Of a stretch of DNA of 64,000 bases, positions 45,723 to 56,100 are shown piece after piece. The notes below the pieces were generated by a model that was given only the letters and a program-made list of their open reading frames with translations, was not told the DNA's origin and did not search any database. Both the position numbers and the translations under genes were made by a program. Source of the DNA: a virus (taxonomy: Duplodnaviria > Caudoviricetes); IMG/VR virus record IMGVR_UViG_3300033075_000428, positions 126,354-190,353 of that record; one strand, written 5' to 3'. Each line of letters opens with the position of its first letter. The stretch's first letter is position 1.

Positions 45723-47234
45723 TTACGACAAGAACTTTGGATTTGTTAGTGTTGTCTTGTCTGCTCGTTGCTTCATCGAGAACGTACTTGCCTGTGTAGT
45801 GGTGACAGTGATTACTGTTGGAGACACATTTGTGAAAATCTCATTGATATCACAAGAAGCAAGAATGTCACTCGTGGTATTTGCAGGTGGAGTTGGGCTG
45901 GTGACGGTCACCGACAGAATCCCTGGATAGGAAATCAGTCTGTCATAGATATCGCTCAATAACACAGGCTCTCCAAACGCGCGAGACCAAGACCCATCTG
46001 CTTCTTGGAATATCGGGTTAAGCATATTGCTCAATTGAGTCGTTGCGTATGACTGAATTGTAGACGAATCATAATTCGGGTCAATCGTTAGGTCGACAGT
46101 TAGGGTGATACCCTTGTAAGAAGGATTCACAACGCCAACTTTATATCCAACAACTATTCTCTCATCAATTGCGCCCTTCACTTCATTACGAAGTGACAAC
46201 GTTGGATTCCCACCACCTTCGGGAATGATTTGTACAATCGGGTAGTTGATGTGTGGAATGACGTTTGCTCTAGCAACGCCGTCGTAGCTCTCAGCAAAGC
46301 TCTTAATGTCGTCAAGGGAAGCAAGTCTGTTTTGGAGTCTTGGAACCCGTATAGCCAAAGAGCGAATGCGCTCAATGGAGTCTGGGTCACTTCCACCAGT
46401 TGACTGGTTCGGATTTGTGACTGCCGTGAACCTAGTAGCAGAAGAACCTTCAACGCTTACGATTTTTGTGATTGAAGAGTCTTTAACATTCCCACGAGAA
46501 CCACCACCTGAAACATAGGTGATTTTTATCTCAACACCACCAGTAGGCTTACTACCGTTTACATTGTCACCGAAGATGAACTGATGCGTCTCGACATCAA
46601 GCCTACGATATTGGAATCTTGTGTCAGAAGCACCAGCCGCTAACAGTGTATCGATTTCAGTCCACGTTACATTATTGACCTTCACACCAATTGAATAGTC
46701 AACGATTCTATCTCGAATAATGAAGGACTGAAACGCTTCACCACTTGAGGTGAACGTCTTTGTAACTAGCCTACCTTCGATGAAAGGTATACTGTTTACT
46801 GCAACAGAGCTAGGTGGAAGAGTGACAGTAAATGGATTAGTGAAGTAGACAGCAGTACCATCACTAGCTGGAGCAGACAGCACTATTGCATAAGGGTCAA
46901 CAGTGGCGGAAGAACCAAGAGACGTAATTGTAGCATTGATGAGAACTGATGAATTAACGTAGTTCGTTGGTATGTAACCAAGCTGTAACGCATGGTTGAT
47001 TACGTTCTGGCGAGTCAGTGATGTAGCGATGCTAAACTCTTGCGAGGTGTTGTTTGCAAATCTTGCAAGACGTTCCAACGACAGGAGATAGTAATCGAGT
47101 ACGAACCGAAGAATATCATTTGGATTGTCGATGTCCCAACCATCTAAGTTACTGTCACCAGCCTTCAACGTTTTGATTTCGTTGAAGAGGTCACTGTACG
47201 ATAGATTGACAATATCTGTGAGTGTTACAGCCAT
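45723..47234 (-). CDS. Baseplate wedge protein J / T4 gp6-like
   Basis: A..LGY.P, FGDNVNG.KP, Y..GGG..GNV, GGSDPDSIE.IR, R.....D. Confidence 0.9.
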   Translation of the reverse strand: MAVTLTDIVNLSYSDLFNEIKTLKAGDSNLDGWDIDNPNDILRFVLDYYLLSLERLARFANNTSQEFSIATSLTRQNVINHALQLGYIPTNYVNSSVLINATITSLGSSATVDPYAIVLSAPASDGTAVYFTNPFTVTLPPSSVAVNSIPFIEGRLVTKTFTSSGEAFQSFIIRDRIVDYSIGVKVNNVTWTEIDTLLAAGASDTRFQYRRLDVETHQFIFGDNVNGSKPTGGVEIKITYVSGGGSRGNVKDSSITKIVSVEGSSATRFTAVTNPNQSTGGSDPDSIERIRSLAIRVPRLQNRLASLDDIKSFAESYDGVARANVIPHINYPIVQIIPEGGGNPTLSLRNEVKGAIDERIVVGYKVGVVNPSYKGITLTVDLTIDPNYDSSTIQSYATTQLSNMLNPIFQEADGSWSRAFGEPVLLSDIYDRLISYPGILSVTVTSPTPPANTTSDILASCDINEIFTNVSPTVITVTTTQASTFSMKQRADKTTLTNPKFLS

Positions 47235-47244
47235 GTTCTAGGTC

Positions 47245-47832
47245 TTACAGTTGGTTAATCTCAATCACGTGTCTGTTATCATCTGCTTCACTATATGTCA
47301 CTTGAGTCGCAAGTAAAGTGAAAGAATGTCGTAGCTTCTTACAGTACTTTTCACCCATCCCCTTCTTGAGATAGGCTATTGTGCAATGTGGAAGATACTC
47401 TAAAAACTTACTTTCAAATGGGAATGACTTCAAAAACTCATTTGCGTCACTCAGTTCATCGGTCAACTCAATATCAAACTTCAACACATCACAATCTTCA
47501 TTCTCGAAACAAGAGATGCCTGTTGTGTTAATCAAGAATGGTGAAAGCTGTCTGAAGTATGTAAAGATAGCCTCTTTGTAATCTTCATTCTCAAGTGTCT
47601 TTGGGTCAAGACCATAGAGGATTGTTACGTGTGGGTCTTTGGTCTTTCCATCATTACCATCAACACAATCTTCGTCGTCAACTGAGCCAATTATCTTGTC
47701 CCAAGATGGGTGGTATAATGATACCATCACACAATCTTTAGAATGAGAGTCATTGCCCTCAGTCAATAGCGAGTTCACAATGTCTCCCACTAATTGTTCT
47801 CGTAACACTCTATGAAGATGTATGATGCTCAT
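47245..47832 (-). CDS. 2H phosphoesterase (T4 gp57B/Acb1-like, candidate anti-CBASS nuclease)
   Basis: Two HxT motifs: PHVTILYG and YLPHCTIAY. Confidence 0.8.
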   Translation of the reverse strand: MSIIHLHRVLREQLVGDIVNSLLTEGNDSHSKDCVMVSLYHPSWDKIIGSVDDEDCVDGNDGKTKDPHVTILYGLDPKTLENEDYKEAIFTYFRQLSPFLINTTGISCFENEDCDVLKFDIELTDELSDANEFLKSFPFESKFLEYLPHCTIAYLKKGMGEKYCKKLRHSFTLLATQVTYSEADDNRHVIEINQL

Positions 47833-48206
47833 TACACGTTCTTAATCTGATGTTTGATTGGTTCTTCAACACCGTTTATCAGAAGATAAATCGTGAGGTC
47901 TATCGCTCGGTCTTGACGATTGAACTGAGCAGTTACTCGAGTAATGGTCACATTCTTCAGATACTTGTTGAACTTTTCTTTCAACCGTATCATGTAAAGC
48001 TGAACCATCTCTTGAATGGAGAATACGTTTCGTTGCAGGAACATCTCTTCTTCAAGACCATAGTTCGGGTCAACTAACCGATTGAATACAGGACAACGAA
48101 GGAACAGATTGAACTGCTCCCTTGGGTCAGTTGTTCCTTGTGTCTTTGCGTCAGCCGCAAATTGCAAAGGATACTTCACCAGCCACTGTTCAGCGTTTCC
48201 TGCCAT
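47832..48206 (-). CDS. Baseplate wedge protein gp25/gpW-like
   Basis: YPL...R.VDPNYG motif; size and position fit. Confidence 0.7.
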   Translation of the reverse strand: MAGNAEQWLVKYPLQFAADAKTQGTTDPREQFNLFLRCPVFNRLVDPNYGLEEEMFLQRNVFSIQEMVQLYMIRLKEKFNKYLKNVTITRVTAQFNRQDRAIDLTIYLLINGVEEPIKHQIKNV

Positions 48207-48583
48207 TAGCCAATCTTGTCTGAAATTAAGAGAGAGTCAAGCGTTGCGGTACCAGGAATTGCAGCAGAAGACATTATCGCTACTTTAAATGTAGTTCCAC
48301 CATCCATCGGTGCGACTGGCGCGTTAATGATAGCCTTCAGCAGATTGTTCAACACAGTCTTGATGACCGATACTTGGTTTGCCAACTCAACAGTAGCCTT
48401 CATATGTATCTCATCAACCACAGCGTCAGCAACTGCTTTAGCTTGCTGATGGAGCTTACGCTTAATGTCAGCGATGTTCTCTGCAGTAGCATTTGCAGCA
48501 TTCAAATCTGATACAACCTGAGACTCCAGTATCTGGTAGATACGGCTCTCTAAGTCTGATTTACTGAGTCCTGAGTTAGGCAT
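48206..48583 (-). CDS. Baseplate-region structural protein
   Basis: 125 aa, coupled to its neighbours; PVAPMDGG motif. Confidence 0.6.
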   Translation of the reverse strand: MPNSGLSKSDLESRIYQILESQVVSDLNAANATAENIADIKRKLHQQAKAVADAVVDEIHMKATVELANQVSVIKTVLNNLLKAIINAPVAPMDGGTTFKVAIMSSAAIPGTATLDSLLISDKIG

Positions 48584-49038
48584 TACACTTCATTGTTTGG
48601 TTCTTCATATTGTCGGTCTTCCTGACCCTTAACGTTCTTGTCGAACATGTCGTAACCAAGACTCAATAGGTCACGGAAGTCTTCAATGTTGTAGTTCTCA
48701 ATCAGAGTCTTGATTGGTTCTTCTCGGTCGTAATCATAGATTTCAATCGTGAAGAGTTCTGGCAGTTCACCATATTGATTCGTAGCGTGAACACATGTGT
48801 TGCCTTCCTTCTTTAAGAAGTACACATGTAAGAAGGATTCAAGTAAACAGACTTGGACAAAAGCTTCTTTGATTTGTCCGATATAGACCTTGTATCCTTC
48901 ATGCTTGATGTCTTCAACATGCTGAACACTATCCAAGCTATCTTTGATAGAAGTGTAAAACTCCTTGGAAATATCCTCAGGAGTACGTTCTTCTTCAGAA
49001 GCAGGGGCAGTTGATTCGTCGAGCCAATACGGTACCAT
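48583..49038 (-). CDS. Hypothetical acidic protein
   Basis: 151-aa ORF in the baseplate operon. Confidence 0.6.
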   Translation of the reverse strand: MVPYWLDESTAPASEEERTPEDISKEFYTSIKDSLDSVQHVEDIKHEGYKVYIGQIKEAFVQVCLLESFLHVYFLKKEGNTCVHATNQYGELPELFTIEIYDYDREEPIKTLIENYNIEDFRDLLSLGYDMFDKNVKGQEDRQYEEPNNEV

Positions 49039-49040
49039 TG

Positions 49041-49874
49041 TTAACTTCCTGGTTTATTCGAGAGAAATCCTTGTCCCGCAACCACACCAGCATTGAGTTT
49101 CACAAGTGTAGCAGGGAAGATTGGGACTGGTGCTCCCATGTTACCCATGCCAAATGAAGTTGAATTTTCAATCAACCAATCGGAGCACTTCTTTAAAACG
49201 ATAAAGTCTCCATCAATCTTGGTTCCTGAAGAAATCATCTCCATTTTATGGCCGAACTTATCAGCGAACTGAATTCCGTCTGGTGACAGTACAATCTTGT
49301 TACCGTTGGTACAAGTTATTGTAATGCCGTTTTCATTGGTTTCAATGGTGTTATTGAACTTATCAATTTGCTTTGTTCCAAGCTTATCCCAACGCAATTG
49401 ATTGTTGTGAACACCATCTTTGAGCTCAATGAACTGGTTTTCTTCACCCTTGTCTGTGTCACGATTGATTTCAAACTTCGTCTGGTCTTTGGTATAGATG
49501 AGACGAAATCTGTCTTTGAGCTTCACGTTACTGGCCGACATCTCCCAGCGTTCATCAAAGTACACAACGTTATGGTATGGGTACTCAGATTTGACGTCTC
49601 CAATTGGGAAGTCAGTATAGGTGAATCCAAGCCATGTTAGTTGCCCAATATCTTGGTCTAACGGAGCCACGATGATTTGTATCATGGTTCCATACTTCTC
49701 AATGAATTCATACGACGGTATGACTATTTGACCAATAGGGAATGTCGGTCGAGCAATAGTGATACGTCCTTCGAACATGATGGGTATATAGCCACTTCGT
49801 GTGATGTCATCACGCCAAAGTTCTGCTGGTGCAGGGTCTGCGAGGTAGAGTGTGTAGTTATCTGTAGCTGGCAT
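49041..49874 (-). CDS. Baseplate spike protein (gpV/gp5-like)
   Basis: Beta-repeat segments DKFNNTIETNENGITI, NGNKIVLSPDGIQF and DKFGHKMEM; follows the hub gene. Confidence 0.7.
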   Translation of the reverse strand: MPATDNYTLYLADPAPAELWRDDITRSGYIPIMFEGRITIARPTFPIGQIVIPSYEFIEKYGTMIQIIVAPLDQDIGQLTWLGFTYTDFPIGDVKSEYPYHNVVYFDERWEMSASNVKLKDRFRLIYTKDQTKFEINRDTDKGEENQFIELKDGVHNNQLRWDKLGTKQIDKFNNTIETNENGITITCTNGNKIVLSPDGIQFADKFGHKMEMISSGTKIDGDFIVLKKCSDWLIENSTSFGMGNMGAPVPIFPATLVKLNAGVVAGQGFLSNKPGS

Positions 49875-51937
49875 TACATCCCCACTTCATAGCTTGTTCT
49901 CCAGTTACCATTGTCAATGGTATGTGACAACGAACGGATGCGCAAACCCTTCAGTTGACTATTTGGTTTCAACGTGTCTCCACCTGGAAGAGAAGAGCTT
50001 GTTGCAGTTGAACTATCATTCGGGTCTTGTAGCTGTTTCTCTTTCTTAGGGCTGTACTTTTCATTCAATGCCTTCACGTCTGCTGCATACTGTTTCTCAA
50101 CTTCAGCAATAGAAGCATTCTTAGCAGTCAGCAAATCAGCGAGCTTCTGTTGTAGTACTTGTTGATTTGCTGTATCGTCATCACCCTTACCGTAGAGGTT
50201 ACCGCCACTACCACCATTCTCTAGAGTTTCTTTCTTTGTGTTGTAGTCAGCATCAATCTGGGAGAGTGATTTCTCCTTTTCTTCATCGAGACGCTGTTGC
50301 TCATCTTTCAATGCTTGCTGAGCTTGTGCTTGCTTCTCTTTTTCGAGTTCTGCTATGTCAGCTGCATCCTTCTCTTCTTGAATTCTACTCAAGTCTTGAG
50401 ACAATTCACTCTTTCCACGACCAATGGAATAGTACGAGCCAAACCCAAGCACAGGGTATTGTTTGTTGACCTGAACAAATGGATTACCAATTGTCGAGAA
50501 GCTGGCCTCAATGCCTTCAAATCGAAACTTATTGCGCATCTTGTCCTCAGGAGGACGCTTCACAGCACAATTATTCTTGATGAAGAAGTCTTTGACAGCA
50601 GCAAAGTTCCATTCACCACCAGTGATGCGCTTGAATGCTAAGTCAGCGGCTGGAGAACGGAGCTTATTGAAGTCCATTTCATACACTAATGACTCATTGT
50701 TCTCATCAACTTCAGTGAACGTTACAACTTGTTCACCCGTCTCGACTTCTTGAACAACGGTCTTACCGTCAACAATCACTTCCTTCTTCTCGGTTTTCTT
50801 AACCACTTCAGGCACAGGAACGTCACCAACTGTCCAGTTTGAGTTCACTGTAACGTCTGGTTCGTCGATGATGACCCACTTCCCAGTGCGCAATGGATTG
50901 AATGTTAGGTCTTCAAGCAAATCCATCCGTGGATACCAGAATTCTATGTTACCCATCGTTGGTTGTGAATTCAATCTAGCAAGCTCGCTAATAACATATG
51001 TTGTCTTAGTGCTACCATCTGCTTGCGCAACAGGTTCAGCGTTAATGCTAAGGCCATTAGACTTCGCGAGTTGTGTCATAAACGCCCAATCTGTAGTTAC
51101 AGATTGAACAACTGGTGGCATTGCGTTCTTTTTTAATTCTATGGGGAGCGACTGATAGATGTTTTGAGGATAGAACTTTGTGTTCTTCTTCATATCCTCA
51201 GTAGTTGCCCACTGAATTGGATACCCATAACATGTTGTCAGAAGCCCGACGAAAATCTCTTCCAAGGTGAGATAGTTCTTTGGGTCTGCTGGGTCTACTT
51301 CTGCCCAAGTACGGTCATATGATTTGGCTAACTCAGGGTTGCCAGCTTTCTTGAGGGACTGTATCTGGACTTCCGTTGTCTCCTTTGGAGCAACAGTGCT
51401 CGTTCCCTTGATGCTTGGGTACTCAACATTACGTACTGTTCGAGTGAACTCATAGCCAGAGCACTGGAATGAGTACTCCACGATTGGTGGTTTGCCCATT
51501 CGGAACTTTGGGCGCATTTCCTTCAGCCAACCACGGAACTCTTTGGGAGCAATGTCAGGAAAGTTGATATAGTAGAACTTAAATGCGCCACGGAGACGGG
51601 AGATAATTCCAGGTGACATCCAGAAGTACTGAATGTCTCCATCAGCTGTTGGCACTCCTGGGTCTACCAAAGAGACAGTGACTTCTGTAATTGCACTCTC
51701 GTCTTCACGTACTTGCAAACCACCTTCAATCCATGGGTCGAATGGACGTGATGGGTCTTGCATCTTTCTAATGAGTGTATACTCTTTACCGAATGGCTCT
51801 AAGTTCTTGACAAAGTTTGGGTCTTCGTCTTTGTTAACTAGCCAAACTTCGAAGTCTGCTTCATATCCAGAATACAGTGATTCTATTCTGGTTGAACCAT
51901 CTATGATAGCTTGAGCTATGCTGGGACTAATGTACAC
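49874..51937 (-). CDS. Baseplate hub (gpD/gp27-like) with a coiled-coil insertion
   Basis: Q...TDWAFMTQLA...G, TIGNP...G.GSYY, C-terminal IRSLSHTI...WRTSYEV. Confidence 0.72.
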   Translation of the reverse strand: MYISPSIAQAIIDGSTRIESLYSGYEADFEVWLVNKDEDPNFVKNLEPFGKEYTLIRKMQDPSRPFDPWIEGGLQVREDESAITEVTVSLVDPGVPTADGDIQYFWMSPGIISRLRGAFKFYYINFPDIAPKEFRGWLKEMRPKFRMGKPPIVEYSFQCSGYEFTRTVRNVEYPSIKGTSTVAPKETTEVQIQSLKKAGNPELAKSYDRTWAEVDPADPKNYLTLEEIFVGLLTTCYGYPIQWATTEDMKKNTKFYPQNIYQSLPIELKKNAMPPVVQSVTTDWAFMTQLAKSNGLSINAEPVAQADGSTKTTYVISELARLNSQPTMGNIEFWYPRMDLLEDLTFNPLRTGKWVIIDEPDVTVNSNWTVGDVPVPEVVKKTEKKEVIVDGKTVVQEVETGEQVVTFTEVDENNESLVYEMDFNKLRSPAADLAFKRITGGEWNFAAVKDFFIKNNCAVKRPPEDKMRNKFRFEGIEASFSTIGNPFVQVNKQYPVLGFGSYYSIGRGKSELSQDLSRIQEEKDAADIAELEKEKQAQAQQALKDEQQRLDEEKEKSLSQIDADYNTKKETLENGGSGGNLYGKGDDDTANQQVLQQKLADLLTAKNASIAEVEKQYAADVKALNEKYSPKKEKQLQDPNDSSTATSSSLPGGDTLKPNSQLKGLRIRSLSHTIDNGNWRTSYEVGM

Positions 51938-51949
51938 GGCAACACCTTA

Positions 51950-52255
51950 TCATCCTGACCGTGGCAGATACGACATTGAACGACGAGACGTAGAGGCATT
52001 GAATACTGGAACCTTTACGAACATGCCTACTTCATAGTCGTCTGGCATAATCACGGGATTATAATCATAGATTAGTGCCCACAACTTGCGGTCACCGTAG
52101 AATCTCATGGCGATTGTCTCTAGAACGAATCCAGGGAACATTGCTACATCGTCGTAAGTTAGCTCGTACTCGATGTAATCCAAGTCCTTTCTACGAGATT
52201 GGAAAATCTGTAGACGGCTATCTTCAACGATTACTATCGGGTACTGAATTGTCAT
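51950..52255 (-). CDS. LysM/tail-X-like baseplate protein (gp53-like)
   Basis: LETIAMRFYGDRKLWALIYDYNP...G..VKVP. Confidence 0.82.
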   Translation of the reverse strand: MTIQYPIVIVEDSRLQIFQSRRKDLDYIEYELTYDDVAMFPGFVLETIAMRFYGDRKLWALIYDYNPVIMPDDYEVGMFVKVPVFNASTSRRSMSYLPRSG

Positions 52256-53136
52256 AGTGACAAGTCCATTGGAAACTCTAACATGGCAGTCGCTGAAGTT
52301 AAGACGTTATTGTCCAGAATGTCAGCAGCATACGCTAGTGTGGATTCCGCTAACGAAGCTCCATACTCCATGCGTCCGATATTGCTTTCCATGTCTGCCC
52401 AACGTTTTCGAGAGTTGTTGAGCTCCGTGGAAAAGAATCCGTCTTCAATAACGTAGAGTTCAACAGAAACTTGAAGTTGACGTGGGGTCAAGAATCGGTT
52501 GAAGTTCTGCTCTTTGAATGGCGAGGACATCAGTTTACAACGGAACCATCGACGACCGAAGACGAAGATTAAGTCTGGAGGAGTGCGAACTGAATAGGAA
52601 TCACGATTACTTTCTCCACCAAGGTCTCCAATCAATCCCTTGAATGTTGACTCAAGTGGTTCGATGAACTTACTCGTGAGCTTGCCTAGAGCGGCACCAT
52701 TGAATCCTGAGCTAAACGCATCCCCTACATCTGAAGCTAGGTTTGTCACTTGATTACTTACAAAGTTCTTACCATACTGCTTCAAGTCCTCTGTTGAGAG
52801 TACTGACTTCTTTCGAGCAGGAAGTAGGAATGACTCCAACACAGCTTCTATGCCCAGTACTCCAAGATTCTTTCTTGGGAGAGAGATTCCAGCGTATCCT
52901 TGGTCTGTTGTGTCGAAGAATAGGTCAAATGAAATACGCTTCCCACCAGCATTACCCCAGAAGAGTAGTGATGTTGGGTACAATGGGAGTTCCGTCTCTT
53001 CGTACTTAGTATCTTTCGTGATAGACAACTCACTTGGATTGAAGTGGAATTTCAAGAACAATCCTTCAACTGGATTGTAGAAAATCCCCTTCATCACTGA
53101 GTTGGCTAGTTTGGCTATTTCACCTTGTGCAGACAT
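52252..53136 (-). CDS. Tube initiator (CIS-tube / gp48/54-like)
   Basis: FHFNPSELSITK, ISFDLFFDT, PPDLIFVFG, F...LTP....V.V.L. Confidence 0.78.
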   Translation of the reverse strand: MSAQGEIAKLANSVMKGIFYNPVEGLFLKFHFNPSELSITKDTKYEETELPLYPTSLLFWGNAGGKRISFDLFFDTTDQGYAGISLPRKNLGVLGIEAVLESFLLPARKKSVLSTEDLKQYGKNFVSNQVTNLASDVGDAFSSGFNGAALGKLTSKFIEPLESTFKGLIGDLGGESNRDSYSVRTPPDLIFVFGRRWFRCKLMSSPFKEQNFNRFLTPRQLQVSVELYVIEDGFFSTELNNSRKRWADMESNIGRMEYGASLAESTLAYAADILDNNVLTSATAMLEFPMDLSL

Positions 53137-53139
53137 ATG

Positions 53140-56100
53140 TTATTTCTCTGAAAGACCTGCTCGACCGTTCTTACGACGCTGAATTCTCTCCAGTTCTCTC
53201 AACAGTGCTTCAGCATCAATCTTCTCATTACCAGAAGACTGGATGACAATTGAGTTCGGACCAAACGAGAAGTTTGTAGTGTTACTCACTGGAGCAGACT
53301 GTTCACGCTCAACAGTATTCGTTACTTGACCACTTGGCGTCTGTCCAGAGAGCAGTGCGCTAAACATCTTGTCTGGGTTACGCATTCCGAAGACAGTGTC
53401 AGTAGGTTCAAACAATTGAACACTACCGTCTTGCTTCATCACGAAGTCCTTAGCAACCTTACCATACTTGTTAATCGCATCCCAATTTGGATTAACGAAA
53501 GCACCGTGTGGTTGTCCGAGAACCCAGTCAACTTGTCTTGGCTTAGAAACAAATGTACCACCAGTTCGTGAGTCAGGACGTCCAGGAGTTGATGTGTTGC
53601 CTTCAAAGCTAGTGAAGCTACTACCACTGTCAACTGACCTCACGAGACCAACGTGTCCCTTTCCTGGGACACCGTAGTAAAACATCCCAAATTCTTCTGG
53701 CTTCTTAGCCTTTTTGAAGTACGGAGCCGCACCAGCAAATGACTCACCAAGTGCCGCACCACCTGTACCTAGTCTACCCTTAACAACATCATTGTAGAAC
53801 TTTGGTGAAACCTTGCCGAAAACGTCTGTATACACATTGGAGACGAATGCAGCACACCAGTTCATCAAGTCCTTGGTCTGGTCATTGACGATGTCAGTAG
53901 CACGGTCTACATAGCCAAGAAGCGCAAGTTGTTTCTCGTCCGCTTTCTTACCACTGAAGTCTTTTGTACCACGGAGAACGTTACCTTGACCTGGACTACC
54001 AATCATTGTTCCTTGGAACATATTGGTAAAGTCACCCATGAACTTAGAAGCTACTTCTGAAATAGAGCCAGTATCTGTTGGTACACCGTTGAATATTCCA
54101 GCAACAAGTTCGCCAACGTTACTCTGCTTAAACTTCTTCCAAATATCGGCGCCACCACCAACAAGGTCAGATGCTTTCTCTTTTACTGTTCCCCAAACGT
54201 CACTAATTCCATTCATGACGTTCTGAATCATCCCAGCTTTCTTTGGTTCCTTCGTAGCAAAGACTGCATCTCTTGGGTCAATTGGTGTTACCTGTCCATC
54301 CTTAACAATACCATCCTTGATTGGTACTGTAACAGCGGCACGTTCAGCGAATACCTTGTTCTTCTTTTGAGCGTAGTTTTCCTTACCGAACTTTTCCATC
54401 ACTGCAGACATGACCATGTTAGCGTCACCAGAACCAGCAGAACCATCCTTACCAAATTGCTGGTTACTGAACATGTTCTCAGAACGGATTGTGTCAAACG
54501 CGGTAAGAACTTCAATCAGCTTATCGTTGATACCCTTACGGTCTTTCGCAGGAGCGCTGCCCAATTCCTTATTGAGCGTATACATCTGCTTAGTAAGTGT
54601 CTCAAGTGCCTTGTACTGGTCTGAATTGCCGTCGATTCCTGAATTGACAACGGTTTCATTGAGCTTCTTGATATAGTCGCTCATATCCGTTGAGCGTGAC
54701 ATGTCCTTCAACTGCAATCCAAGGTCATCACGCATTGCACGTAGAACTTCTTTCGCAGGTTTATCGTTGACAACGATATTGATTGGGTCTTTACCAATCA
54801 CACTTGTGAGTGAATTGTACTTCTTGATAAAGAAGTTAACAAACTCATTCAACTGGTCTTTCAATCCGTCGAATACGCCTTCACCGAAGATTCCATCAAT
54901 GACCTTACCAAACATGCCATCGAGGAACTTCAGACCATTCTGAAGAAGCTTCATCACTTCGTTCGGAATACTTTGAATGAACCCAAGTATTCTTGAAGGT
55001 AAGCTCTTAAAGAAGTCAACTATTCCGTTAATAAACGACGCTGTCTTGTCTGACACCCACTTCCAAGCACTGCCAAAGATGCCTGTGATTGTCTTCCAAA
55101 TGGTCTTTAGCTCTTTCCAGATGAAGGTGACCACCCGACCTAAGACAGAGACAATTAGTTCCCAGATGTGACCGAATAGATTCTTGATTGCTTCCCAAGC
55201 ACCACCGAAGTCACCAGAGAACAACGCACCGAACATGTCACCAATGTCACCGAGTATCTTACCTGCATAGGTCAAGATATCTTGCACGATACCAACTACT
55301 GCATCCCAGACATTACGAACTGTACCTACGATACCACCAAGCCACTTCAAGAATGGATTGTCAGAGTTCATGAGCATGTCTTCCAACCTGCCCATCAATC
55401 CACTGACCCATTCTCCCAGATACCCAATGACATCGCTAAGAATCTCTCCCAGTTTCGGACCAAGACTACCAATTGACTTGAAAGCCCAAACAACAGTGTC
55501 ATACAGGATGACGAATAGTCGTGGCACCAAGTCCTCAAGGATAGCAAATAGCTTCTTGAACAGATTCTGTAGAATCGGTTTGAGGATTTTAGGAAGGTTG
55601 TTGAAGATGGCGGTAAGGGAAGCTAGTAGCTTTGGCCACAGCTTCGTCAACCGTTCACCCAGACCCATGAAGAAGTCGAATACGTCGTTAATGATGTCGT
55701 TTACACCCTTAACGAGGATTGGTCCGATGCTTGTTATGAGCCCTGGAATACCATCGAGCACTGTTCCAATCACATCCAGCAAGCCTAAGATTACCTTCTT
55801 AGCGAGAAGTATCTTCAGCCTGATTTCAGCGATGAACAACGTCAACAGAGCAGGAAGAATGCCCATAATCTTCTTGACAAGATTCTGAGCAAACGTAACT
55901 AGTCTGTCCATGACTCTCGAAACCTGAGCCATGATAACGGGTAGAAGCTTCGGTACTTGGTCTGCAATCTTCTGAATCAGACCAAAGACGAAGCCAACTG
56001 CCATGTTGACGAATCCTTCGACAGCATCGATAATCTTCATCAGGATGTCGCCAATGTCGACAGCGGCACCTGACAGGTCACCCTTGAAGAGCTTTCCGAT

